From positions 142,607-206,606 of the forward strand of contig CAYPEN010000002.1 in the NCBI GenBank assembly GCA_964409875.1: a stretch of DNA of 64,000 nt, written 5' to 3'. Below, piece after piece: positions 38,393-47,375 of this stretch; within the stretch, counting starts at the first letter, position 1, and each line of letters starts with the position of its first letter. The notes under the pieces are model-generated. The model saw nothing but the letters and a program-made list of their open reading frames with translations, did not search any database and had not been told where the DNA came from. The position numbers and the translations under genes are program-made. This DNA is from an uncultured Gammaproteobacteria bacterium (GTDB lineage: Bacteria; Patescibacteriota; Microgenomatia; Levybacterales; GWA1-39-11).

Positions 38393-38627
38393 GTAAGCTT
38401 GAGTAAGGGTTTTCATTTGTAATTTTTCCTATTTTTTTAGACTGAACTTTTGAAAAACCATTATGTGGCCAAAAACTCATTACGTCTATGCTAAAGCACT
38501 TGCATAATAGATTCTAATTGGAGGGGAATATTTAACCGTCGAATGTATATTTTCTATATAAAATACCATTCATAAACGCGCTTTTTTTAAGTTTTTCCTT
38601 AAAAACTGATATAGTTTATATATAGTA

Positions 38628-38656
38628 TTGACACAAATGTCTAATTGACTTTAAAT
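38628..38656 (+). promoter_or_regulatory. Sigma70-like promoter TTGACA-N17-TTAAAT
   Basis: -35 at 38628-38633 and -10 at 38651-38656, in an ORF-free AT-rich region. Confidence 0.35.
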
Positions 38657-38662
38657 CGATAA

Positions 38663-38766
38663 GATTTAAAATATACTTGTAAGCACGTCTCGGCGCCTAT
38701 CCATTGGAGCTGAGGACTTATCCAAAAGTTCAGAGACTGTGAGCGAAAGCTCGCGGTCTTTTTTTA
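38663..38766 (+). ncRNA. Candidate ~100-nt small RNA or 5' leader ending in an intrinsic terminator
   Basis: No ORF on either strand. A promoter lies upstream. The 3' end carries a GAGAC-...GAGC-GAAA-GCTC...-GTCT stem-loop followed by a T7 run. Confidence 0.3.
38733..38766 (+). terminator. Rho-independent terminator-like hairpin (GNRA tetraloop) + U-tract
   Basis: 'gagactgtgagcgaaagctcgcggtcttttttt'. Confidence 0.5.
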
Positions 38767-38773
38767 TGGCTTT

Positions 38774-39052
38774 ATGAATGATGAATTAGACATATTCGAA
38801 ACAAAGGATAAACAATTTACTCCATATCTGTTTATCCAACCTGACGTTAAGTTTTTAGGAACAAGAATCCAAGATTCCACTGTATTCTTTCGCTTCTCTC
38901 CTTCTCTCAGATGTAAAACCCTCTTAAATCTGTTTATCAGTAAGCAAGCACCACCTGTTCAAGGAAAGAGTTTGTTGGATGCGCTTGAAAGCTACAGAGA
39001 CTTAATTTTTGAGATGAAGATGAAGATGAAGGAAAAACATTATGAACCATGA
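38774..39052 (+). CDS. Hypothetical small protein (island cassette)
   Basis: 92 aa. Its stop overlaps the next ORF's start. Confidence 0.35.
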   Translation: MNDELDIFETKDKQFTPYLFIQPDVKFLGTRIQDSTVFFRFSPSLRCKTLLNLFISKQAPPVQGKSLLDALESYRDLIFEMKMKMKEKHYEP

Positions 39053-39503
39053 TTATTTAACAAAACAGGAACAAATTGAAATAAACCAAAGTCTTGCAGA
39101 ATCTTACAATTACAAAGATTCATATACAAAGGGTGATGACTTTGTCTTAGAAGGTGGAAATGATACTCGTAGATTAAAAGTAAATAGAGAGTTAACCCAA
39201 AGAAAAATAGAAGCTATTAATGCATTAAAAGAGTGTCGTGCCAGTACACCACCAGAAATAGTGTCAGATTTACTTTCACAGCTTTTTGAAAACTCTGATA
39301 CTGAACCAGGCTGGTGGCTTTACGTTGCCCAGCATTGGCCACCTAATCCCATAAATCGAGTAATAAAACTCATGCTCAAACTTCATCAAGGGAAATGGAT
39401 AACTTTCAGAGACCCAGCGAAATACTTCACATCCGAAATAAAACATAGGAAGCAAAGAATGATTTTTCAGAAAAAAAGAAGGGAGAAGCATGAAAAAGCT
39501 TAA
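39042..39503 (+). CDS. Hypothetical protein (island cassette)
   Basis: 153 aa with a basic C-terminus. Overlapping start/stop couples it to its neighbours. Confidence 0.4.
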   Translation: MNHDYLTKQEQIEINQSLAESYNYKDSYTKGDDFVLEGGNDTRRLKVNRELTQRKIEAINALKECRASTPPEIVSDLLSQLFENSDTEPGWWLYVAQHWPPNPINRVIKLMLKLHQGKWITFRDPAKYFTSEIKHRKQRMIFQKKRREKHEKA

Positions 39504-39753
39504 AAACTACACCCTTAAAGTCTACGAAAATGATGAAGTTGGTATGGTAGTGCGTACTCACTCAAAACGCTTAATTCTCACACGTTTACGCTCAATAAAC
39601 TGGACAAACAAGGCAATTAAAACCTACTTCAGAGTGTCTTATGGCAAGAAGAATGATACTCATGGAAAACTCAGCACTTTCTACAACGATGGTGATTTTT
39701 ATAACAAAGAAGACTTGGATTGGGCTTTTGAAGCTTTTGACTATGAAGATTGA
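39490..39753 (+). CDS. Hypothetical small protein (island cassette)
   Basis: 87 aa. Overlaps the upstream gene by 14 nt. Confidence 0.35.
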   Translation: MKKLKNYTLKVYENDEVGMVVRTHSKRLILTRLRSINWTNKAIKTYFRVSYGKKNDTHGKLSTFYNDGDFYNKEDLDWAFEAFDYED

Positions 39754-39928
39754 CGGATTACACCATCTAGATAATAAAGCTATCGATGAGTTTACTCAGC
39801 TCTATTACAAGGAGTATGGAATTAAACTCAATAAACAAGAGGCTACGGAGCTTGGAAACAGATTTATACGTTTTATGAGAGCTATATATGCGGATGCCCT
39901 ACCAAAGTCAAAAAGGGTTGACAAGTAG
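39743..39928 (+). CDS. Hypothetical small protein (island cassette)
   Basis: The start is trimmed to the internal Met 'MKIDGLHHLD' (ATGAAGATTGA overlaps the upstream stop). The longer ORF 39641.. would overlap the upstream gene by 113 nt in another frame. Confidence 0.3.
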   Translation: MKIDGLHHLDNKAIDEFTQLYYKEYGIKLNKQEATELGNRFIRFMRAIYADALPKSKRVDK

Positions 39929-39964
39929 AGTAAGGAAGTCCTACGATGAAGCTATCTTGAGGCT

Positions 39965-41698
39965 ATGAACGAACAAAAAAATATAAAATACTTTGGTTAT
40001 ATACGTAAAAGCTCTGAGGACAATCGCGAACGACAAGCGGCATCCCTTCCTGAGCAGAGGTATGCCTTAGATTTATTAAAAACTAAGCTTAATCTGAAAA
40101 TTGTAGACGTACTTGATGAATCTAGAACAGCTCATGAACCAGGAAGACCCACTTTCAACTCCATGTTAGAGAAGATATCAAACGGTGAAGCCAACGCGAT
40201 TCTCACATGGCACCCTAATAGGTTATCTCGAAACCCTGTTGATACAGGTCACTTGCTTTATCTCATGGACGCAGGAAAACTAGTTGAAATCCGCACTCCT
40301 TCACGTGCCTATCATAATACGCCTGAGGATAAGTTTATGTTGGGACTTGAATTTGGTATTAGCAAGAAAGACTCGGACGACAAATCCATTGTTGTAGAAC
40401 GTGGGCTCGAAGGGAAAGCAAGGAAAGGATGGAGACCTGGAGTTGCTCCTCAAGGCTATCTAAATGATAAGGGAACCGAAAGTGGAGAACGTAAAATATA
40501 CTCTGACAACGACCGCCTACCACATATCAAAAACATATTCTCGCTGTTTTACAATGGAACACCTGTAATTGAAATTCATCGAATTGCCCACGAAGATTGG
40601 CATTACCTTACGCGTCAACATAAAAGAATGGGAGGTAAACCACTTTCAATAAGCATGATATATTCAATACTGACAAACCCATTTTACTGTGGGAAATTCG
40701 AATACCCTCTTGGAAGCGGAAAATGGTATGAAGGAGCTCATGAGAAGGTGGTAAATGAAGAAGTATTCAGTGAAATACAAGTTAAATTAGGACGTAGAAG
40801 CCCTTACAAGGTGAAGCATAACGGTTTTGCCTACAACGGGAGCGCAATTCGTTGTGGAGATTGCGGTTCAAGCATTGTTGCTGAACAAAAAAAGCAGTGC
40901 ATTTGTTCTAACTGTAAAACTAAATTTTCTATATCACATAAAAATCCAGACACCTGTATTAAATGTGGTTCTTTAATCGAGAGCATGTCAAACCCTAAGT
41001 TGCTTCATTACATCTATTATCGATGTGGTAGAAAAAAGAATCCAAAATGCCTACAAAAAGCAGTACAACTAACAGAACTTGAGAGGCAAATTGACAAAAA
41101 ACTAACTCAAATTGAAATTTCTCCAGTGTTTGTAGACTGGGCCATAAAACAAATTCAAAAAATGAATGAGAGTAATAAAGATTTTGAAGAAGCAACATTT
41201 AAAGGATTAAAGGCAGCGCACGATAAGTGCAGAATAAAACTTAATAATTTATTACAACTAAAGATATCACCAGAAAACGTAAATGGTAGTCTACTATCAG
41301 ACTCAGAATACAAAACCCAAAAAGAAACTTTGGAATCTGAGCTTAAGATTATTGAAAAACAACTTGAAGACACTGACAATCAAATGCTTCAATCAAATAG
41401 CGACACAGAAAAGGCTTTTAATTTTGTTTCCAGAGCTAGAGAACGATTTTCTCTGCCAGATATCAAGATTAAGCGTGATATATTCTTGGGATTAGGGTTG
41501 CACCTAACACTTAAGGACAAAATAATCGATTTTGACAGTCCAAAGTATATTAAATCTCTTGAAAAAATGAAGAAAGAAGCTCCAATTATTGCAGAGAGGG
41601 TCGCACCTGAAAAAGAGATTGAATTGAAAGCAAAAATGGAGGAAAAGTTTGCGACAATTCCAAGTGTGTTGCGGAGTAAGGAGTTGAACCTTATCTAG
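39965..41698 (+). CDS. Large serine recombinase (resolvase N-domain + recombinase domain + zinc ribbon + coiled coil)
   Basis: Catalytic N-terminus 'YFGYIRKSSEDNRERQAASLPEQ', a recombinase domain, a Cys-rich zinc-ribbon ('CGDCGSS...CSNCKTKF...CIKCGS') and a long coiled-coil C-terminus. Confidence 0.9.
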   Translation: MNEQKNIKYFGYIRKSSEDNRERQAASLPEQRYALDLLKTKLNLKIVDVLDESRTAHEPGRPTFNSMLEKISNGEANAILTWHPNRLSRNPVDTGHLLYLMDAGKLVEIRTPSRAYHNTPEDKFMLGLEFGISKKDSDDKSIVVERGLEGKARKGWRPGVAPQGYLNDKGTESGERKIYSDNDRLPHIKNIFSLFYNGTPVIEIHRIAHEDWHYLTRQHKRMGGKPLSISMIYSILTNPFYCGKFEYPLGSGKWYEGAHEKVVNEEVFSEIQVKLGRRSPYKVKHNGFAYNGSAIRCGDCGSSIVAEQKKQCICSNCKTKFSISHKNPDTCIKCGSLIESMSNPKLLHYIYYRCGRKKNPKCLQKAVQLTELERQIDKKLTQIEISPVFVDWAIKQIQKMNESNKDFEEATFKGLKAAHDKCRIKLNNLLQLKISPENVNGSLLSDSEYKTQKETLESELKIIEKQLEDTDNQMLQSNSDTEKAFNFVSRARERFSLPDIKIKRDIFLGLGLHLTLKDKIIDFDSPKYIKSLEKMKKEAPIIAERVAPEKEIELKAKMEEKFATIPSVLRSKELNLI

Positions 41699-41825
41699 GA
41701 GATTATGAGCCTCCTGTGCAGCCGTACACTACCCCGCGATACAGACAAATAGTATACTTCAAATTAGCTTCAAATGCAACCACAAGACTTGTTTTTCACA
41801 CGATTTTCTAGTAGAATACAATCTT

Positions 41826-42524
41826 ATGAAGCGTGAAAAGCTTGCAGCAGAAAAAAGAACAATACTTGGTAAAAAAGTGAAACATTTGCGGCGCGAAGGA
41901 ATTCTTCCCGCTAATATGTTCGGCAAGGGCATAAAAAGCACGTCTCTACAGCTCCCACTTAAAGATTTCCAACATGTTTTCAGTATCGTGCATGAGACAG
42001 GACTTGTAGATCTTACGGTTGATGGAGAAACACATCCGGTTCTTATTCAAAATGTTCACATTCAGCCAATCACTCATATTCCCCTTCACGCTGATTTCTT
42101 TAAGGTAAATCTGAAGGAAAAAGTGAAAGCAACTATTCCGATTGTAGCAGTTGGCGAACCTAAGGCAGTAAGTGACAAAATCGGTGTTCTTCTCCAACCA
42201 CTTTCTGAAGTAGAGGTTGAAGCATTACCGGCAGATCTTCCAGAACATATTGAAGTAAACGTTGAGAAGCTCGCAAATATTGATGACAGCATATCGTTGG
42301 GCGATGTGAAAATTCCTGCAGGCATTGAACTCATGGCAGAGCCTGGCGAAATGGTTTTCCGAATTGCGGAACTTGTATCTGAGGCTGCAGAAGAATTGGC
42401 AGCTGAGGAAGAAGCTGCTGCTGAAGCGGCAAGCGCTGAAGGAGAAACGCAACCTTCAGAAGGAGAATCGGAAGCTGAAACACCCGCCGCATCTGATGAG
42501 CCTTCCGAGAACAAAACGGAATAA
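41826..42524 (+). CDS. rplY: 50S ribosomal protein L25 / general stress protein Ctc, with acidic Ala/Glu-rich C-terminal tail
   Basis: 'KRTILGKKVKHLRREGILPANMFGKG' L25 N-terminal motif. Confidence 0.85.
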   Translation: MKREKLAAEKRTILGKKVKHLRREGILPANMFGKGIKSTSLQLPLKDFQHVFSIVHETGLVDLTVDGETHPVLIQNVHIQPITHIPLHADFFKVNLKEKVKATIPIVAVGEPKAVSDKIGVLLQPLSEVEVEALPADLPEHIEVNVEKLANIDDSISLGDVKIPAGIELMAEPGEMVFRIAELVSEAAEELAAEEEAAAEAASAEGETQPSEGESEAETPAASDEPSENKTE

Positions 42525-42528
42525 TTTT

Positions 42529-43026
42529 TTAACCTCTCACTATCAAGTGTTTTAATTCCCTAGCATCTTTAAAAAGCGGATCTATTTGGATTGCCTGGTC
42601 GATATAATGCAATGCGTCAGTAGTCTTTCCTACATTCAAAGCGCTAACTGATGCGTTATACAAAATGTCAGGAATATTTGGAAACTGCGATGCAACCCCG
42701 CTCCAATAATGAAATTGCCTGAGATTTGCCTCATATTCCCTCTTCGCGTGCAATGCCTTCTGATCAAGGAACACCAAGATTTGTAGCAATACGCCAGCAC
42801 AAATGACAAGTGCTATAAAAAGAAGCGCACGAAGCTGAGAAGCAACTTGTCTATTAATTATGTTTCCTTTTATTTGTGGAGATAAACCGCTAATTCTACG
42901 GATAAAATTATGCATGTACTGCATTTTAGTAGTATTTGTAATTATCCGCAAGAACAATAGGCTACCAAGGAAGGAGCAGAACAATAAGTGAAATCGTAAG
43001 AAAAACAAATTCCAGAACAAGCTCAA
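42529..43026 (-). CDS. Hypothetical membrane-anchored protein with TPR-like C-terminus
   Basis: ORF with hydrophobic helices. 'ALHYIDQAIQIDPLF' is TPR-like. The start is uncertain. Confidence 0.3.
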   Translation of the reverse strand: MSLFWNLFFLRFHLLFCSFLGSLLFLRIITNTTKMQYMHNFIRRISGLSPQIKGNIINRQVASQLRALLFIALVICAGVLLQILVFLDQKALHAKREYEANLRQFHYWSGVASQFPNIPDILYNASVSALNVGKTTDALHYIDQAIQIDPLFKDARELKHLIVRG

Positions 43027-43181
43027 TTGTTATTGCAGTATGCACACCAACAGGAAGAAAAATTTGAAGCTTATTCTCCATTTTCTCTGTTTCTTTCGCA
43101 TAAAAAAGGTGGGCCACAATGATAAGTACGGCCAAAACAACAAACAGTATTTTAATTCCCCAAACAATACTCCGGATAGTT

Positions 43182-43847
43182 TCAGTTGAAAGTATTTCCA
43201 TAATTTGAGTCTCCCAAAAAACGATACTTATTTTTTTTCAATTCTTTAATCCATAATAGCTGTTGGGGTTGCGTTATTTGTTTTTGGAAGTTAGGTAACG
43301 CCTGATGAATTTGTGCAGAGAGCATATTTGCAATTGCCCTGGGGGAGCGTATGCCGCGAATTACGAATTCTTCCTTATGCGTTGGCCTATCAAAAGTTAT
43401 CGCAACATTTCCAATGCCAATAAGTTCAGGAATTATTCCATACATTTCGACATCAATTTCAGTGCACCGTATTTGATCAAGTAAAACAGAATTTATTGCA
43501 TGAGAGAGAAGCGGACTATAGTGTACTTCGATAAGTTGCTTATTGGTTGCAATATAGAGATGGTAACACCAATGAATTAATTCTCTTACAGCTATAATAT
43601 TGGTAAGAACAACAATCAATAGAAAACCGTTTATTGCAAGAGGGATGCTTTTCAAAAAAATAGTAAATATAAAACTTAGAGCTATTGCTATTACGAGCCC
43701 ACTTATTGCTTGTCTTACCAATCTAAGAGTCAATGGGAGCCAATGTTCACGGCATGCAAATATCAACTCTTCGTCATCGAACAATTTGAACTTTGCTATT
43801 TGAACATCTGTAAGCCTATCATGAAGGAAGAATTCTTTAGATCTCAT
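43182..43847 (-). CDS. Membrane protein with bacterial PH-like domain (YdbT/YdbS-like)
   Basis: N-terminal soluble segment, two TM helices and a C-terminal bPH-like region. Confidence 0.4.
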   Translation of the reverse strand: MRSKEFFLHDRLTDVQIAKFKLFDDEELIFACREHWLPLTLRLVRQAISGLVIAIALSFIFTIFLKSIPLAINGFLLIVVLTNIIAVRELIHWCYHLYIATNKQLIEVHYSPLLSHAINSVLLDQIRCTEIDVEMYGIIPELIGIGNVAITFDRPTHKEEFVIRGIRSPRAIANMLSAQIHQALPNFQKQITQPQQLLWIKELKKNKYRFLGDSNYGNTFN

Positions 43848-43959
43848 CCAAAAAAATAATATCAGTATCTTATTCCCTAGTCCGTAATTTCTCTTACACT
43901 TTTAATGTGAAGTTGCTTACACTTTTCTTACCTGGTATACTTCAGAAAAGGGCAGCATA

Positions 43960-44613
43960 ATGATTTCTACCTCAAACGAACTCTTAAAAGAGTTTTTTGC
44001 AAGCGCCAAGCCCTCCTACTTTAGAAAGGGCGATGTTGTACTTCGGATAGGAGATGTAAGGGGAGGGGCGTATTATCTCAAAAAAGGCTATATTAAAGAT
44101 TCCAGTGTTTCTGCCGACGGAAGAGAATTTATACTCTTCATATTCCAGCCGACTGACGTTTTTTCCTATAACTGGATATTCAACCAAACTCCAAACGAGC
44201 ATTCTTTTAGAGCTATCTCGGACTGTGTAGTATATGAAAAGAGCAGGGAAGGTTTTTTGCTGTTTCTAGAACAGCATCCAGATGTATTTCTTATGATAAC
44301 TCAACGCATAGTGCGGCGGCTGAATGGTCTTATGCAACGGATGGAAAATTTAGCATTTGATAATGCATTAAAAAAAGTGGGTTCAATATTATGCATCCTT
44401 GGAGAAAGGTTTGGAAAAAAAACAGAGAAAGGAATTGTTATACCTATTCCTCTCACCCAACAGGACATTGCCAATTTAATTGGACTGAGCCGGGAAACAA
44501 CAAGCATTGAAATAAAAAAAATTATGGAAATGAATATCTTAACCCGCTCTTCAGGCCTCTATGTTATAACGAAACTTAAGGAGCTTCAAAAAATTTCTTC
44601 TCTTGTAAGGTAA
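43960..44613 (+). CDS. Crp/Fnr-family transcriptional regulator
   Basis: cNMP-binding beta-roll followed by the C-terminal HTH 'QQDIANLIGLSRETTSIEIKK'. Confidence 0.8.
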   Translation: MISTSNELLKEFFASAKPSYFRKGDVVLRIGDVRGGAYYLKKGYIKDSSVSADGREFILFIFQPTDVFSYNWIFNQTPNEHSFRAISDCVVYEKSREGFLLFLEQHPDVFLMITQRIVRRLNGLMQRMENLAFDNALKKVGSILCILGERFGKKTEKGIVIPIPLTQQDIANLIGLSRETTSIEIKKIMEMNILTRSSGLYVITKLKELQKISSLVR

Positions 44614-44622
44614 AATAACAGC

Positions 44623-46386
44623 ATGTGTGGAATTTTCGGATTTATCAGTAAGGATACTCACAATGCCTCTGAAATTCTTACCGGACTCAAAACTCTTGAG
44701 TACAGGGGGTATGATTCGTGGGGAGTTGCAATCAAAAGTGGTAATTCTGTTGAAACAGAAAAACACACAGGAGCTATTGGAAATGCACAAACAACTCTAA
44801 AAAAAACTTCCGCTGGAATAGGGCACACAAGGTGGGCTACTCATGGAGGCGTGACCACTACTAATGCACATCCCCATTTAGACTGCACAAAAGAACTTGC
44901 CATTGTTCACAATGGAATCGTTGAAAATTACGAACAACTAAAAAGACAGCTTCGAAAAAAGGGTCATAAATTTACTTCCGAAACTGACACCGAAGCAATA
45001 GTCCATCTTATCGAAGAGTTCCAGAAAAAAGAGGACTTTATTAAGGCTGTTGGCGATGCATTTGAAAGTCTTCATGGATTAAATGCCTTTGTTGTTATTA
45101 ATGCCAATGAAAATAGAATAATAGCCGCCAAAAACGGTTCTCCACTTATTGTCGGATATGACAATACCACTTATTACGTTACTTCAGACATCTCTGCCCT
45201 TCCGCAAAATGTTACTAATATCTCAATTCTTGATGACAATCAAATGGCAGTTCTGGATGACAACGTAAGATTTTTTGATCCGAAAACGAAACAAACCCTC
45301 GTTTTCAAGATGGAGAATGTCAAGCGAACATCAAGTCATAATTCTAAAGGGAACTATAAACACTTTCTTTTAAAAGAAATTTACGAACAACCACTTATTC
45401 TTAAAAATTTATACTCATTGGAGAAGAACTCCATAAAACGCATTGCGATAGATGTTCACAATGCTTTTGGAACATTCATGCTTGGGTGTGGAACCGCATC
45501 CTATGCTGCTATGACAGGCGAGTACTTTCTCTCAACGATTGCTAAAAAGCATGTCAATTTTTCTGTTGGGTCGGAGTTTAAATATCTTCAGCATTTCATT
45601 TCAAAAAAAAGCCTCATAATTCCTGTTTCTCAAAGCGGAGAAACTATAGACATCGTCGAACCGGTAAGAAGTGCAAAAAATAAAGGAGCAAAAATTATCT
45701 CAATTGTAAATGTTCCTACTTCAACCCTTTCTCGCATTTCAGACTACTCCCTTCTTCTTCATGCCGGTGTTGAAAAAGCGGTAGTCGGAACAAAAAGTTT
45801 TACATCAATGGTAGGACTACTCCTTCTTACTTCCTACACCATCGCCGGCAAAACGAGTGAGGGAGAAAAGTTGCTTGCCGATACGTCAAATGACGTTAAG
45901 AGAATTCTTTCAAAAGAAAATACTGCTATCATTAAAAAACTTGCAAAACAACTTAAAAATGTAAACCACGTATTTACCATCGGACGAGGGATATCCTATG
46001 TTGCTGCTCTTGAAGCAGCATTAAAACTTAAAGAGACTTCGCTTATTCATGCCGAGGGTTTTGCAGGTGGCGAATTAAAACACGGAGTAATTGCACTTAT
46101 TGAAAAAAAGACCCCATGTATAGTATTTGCACCCAATGACGAAACATATCCAGAGATAATTTCAAACGCAGCTGAAATTAAAGCCAGAGGAGGGTTTATC
46201 ATTGGTGTAGGACCAAAGAACAGTACTGTCTTTGATTTCTTTTTAAAGACCACAGACTTAAAAGAAGCGACGCTTATTTCTCAGACATTATATATGCAAT
46301 TGCTTGCGTATTACTTAGCTCTTGAAAGGGGAATTGAAGACCCTGATAAGCCCCGCAATTTAGCTAAGTCTGTTACCGTAAAGTGA
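44623..46386 (+). CDS. glmS: Glutamine--fructose-6-phosphate aminotransferase
   Basis: N-terminal 'MCGIFGF' Ntn amidotransferase domain and two SIS domains. Confidence 0.95.
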   Translation: MCGIFGFISKDTHNASEILTGLKTLEYRGYDSWGVAIKSGNSVETEKHTGAIGNAQTTLKKTSAGIGHTRWATHGGVTTTNAHPHLDCTKELAIVHNGIVENYEQLKRQLRKKGHKFTSETDTEAIVHLIEEFQKKEDFIKAVGDAFESLHGLNAFVVINANENRIIAAKNGSPLIVGYDNTTYYVTSDISALPQNVTNISILDDNQMAVLDDNVRFFDPKTKQTLVFKMENVKRTSSHNSKGNYKHFLLKEIYEQPLILKNLYSLEKNSIKRIAIDVHNAFGTFMLGCGTASYAAMTGEYFLSTIAKKHVNFSVGSEFKYLQHFISKKSLIIPVSQSGETIDIVEPVRSAKNKGAKIISIVNVPTSTLSRISDYSLLLHAGVEKAVVGTKSFTSMVGLLLLTSYTIAGKTSEGEKLLADTSNDVKRILSKENTAIIKKLAKQLKNVNHVFTIGRGISYVAALEAALKLKETSLIHAEGFAGGELKHGVIALIEKKTPCIVFAPNDETYPEIISNAAEIKARGGFIIGVGPKNSTVFDFFLKTTDLKEATLISQTLYMQLLAYYLALERGIEDPDKPRNLAKSVTVK

Positions 46387-46525
46387 ACATTTCCTATTAA
46401 TAAAGAACTATTAGATCAGTTTAGCTTCTAAGAAACAAAGCCATAATGTAGCAAGGCTTTGCGACATTCGCTTTGCTCATTTGCATAAACAAAGAAACCT
46501 TGCAAATAGCGTAACGGTAAAATAG

Positions 46526-47335
46526 CTATGGCAATTTCTTGAGCCGGGCAAGCCCACCATATAGTCCTCCTTTTTCATCAAGTGATGCCTTCACTACTTT
46601 CGGAAGCACAGGGTAAATCTTGCAGTATTTCTTTAAATACAAATTTACTTTATCAAAATTAATCTTTTGCGGAACAGAGCCTCCAAGTACAAGGATGTTA
46701 GGTGACCACATAACCACGACATTATTCAGTCCAATTGCAACTTGTTCTGCAATTTCCTCCCAGGCATTTTCACTGTCAAGTTCGAAAGGGTTTTTTCCAT
46801 AGTATTGTTCAATTGCACTTCCTGAAACTATTTGTTCTAAAACAACCGGAGTACCGTTTCGACCGGAAACGAGCATATTCCCCGGCTCGAAGGAAAATTC
46901 CGTGTCATCAATTTTTCCCCCAGTTATTCTACACCCCCCCACTCCGGTTGAAAGTGTGATGTAGGAAACAATGTCAAATCCTTTTCCCGCTCCATACACA
47001 GCTTCGCCAAGCCCTACCATAGCAGCATCGTTTTCTAGGAAAACATCCTGCCCCCACATTTCTCGCATTCTTGCAAGTAATGGCTCGCCAACCCAAAGCG
47101 GAAAATTTGGTTGATGAAAAAGTGTTCCTGTCTTCTTGTCGTATGCTCTTACACCACCCACTACGACATGGTATCTTTCACCATTTGAAAGCTCGTCACC
47201 AACTTGGCGCATTTGCTCCATAGCTTCTGAAAAATTGTGGTTTGTTGGAAACAGTTTTGTCTCATCTAATTTGTCTCCAGTATGAGAAATTGCCATTCGG
47301 GTTGTAGTGCCACCGATATCAAAAAGAAGGAACAT
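46526..47335 (-). CDS. ROK-family sugar kinase (glucokinase-like)
   Basis: 'LLFDIGGTTTR' and 'GVGGCRI' ROK/ASKHA motifs. The start is trimmed to an internal Met. Confidence 0.65.
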   Translation of the reverse strand: MFLLFDIGGTTTRMAISHTGDKLDETKLFPTNHNFSEAMEQMRQVGDELSNGERYHVVVGGVRAYDKKTGTLFHQPNFPLWVGEPLLARMREMWGQDVFLENDAAMVGLGEAVYGAGKGFDIVSYITLSTGVGGCRITGGKIDDTEFSFEPGNMLVSGRNGTPVVLEQIVSGSAIEQYYGKNPFELDSENAWEEIAEQVAIGLNNVVVMWSPNILVLGGSVPQKINFDKVNLYLKKYCKIYPVLPKVVKASLDEKGGLYGGLARLKKLP

Positions 47336-47375
47336 ATAATTTAGTGTAACAAAAAGGGAGAGACAGAAACAAACA

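Larger units (their letters stand above)
33568..41773. mobile_element. Putative ~8.2 kb integrated element (serine-recombinase island) flanked by imperfect direct repeat TATAC-(C/TTC)AAATT(T)AGCTT-(A/C)A
   Basis: 33568-33586 'tataccaaatttagcttaa' resembles 41753-41773 'tatacttcaaattagcttcaa'. The large serine recombinase gene ends 55 bp from the right repeat. The content (HerA/NurA module, XRE HTH, small overlapping ORFs) is accessory, and the flanks are core genes (ftsB-like, rplY). Confidence 0.45.

Noticed and set aside
42086-42514. 142-aa antisense ORF rich in Ala/Ser
   Set aside because: It is the reverse-complement reading of the Ala/Glu-rich acidic tail of rplY/Ctc, and the sense-strand gene has clear L25 motifs.
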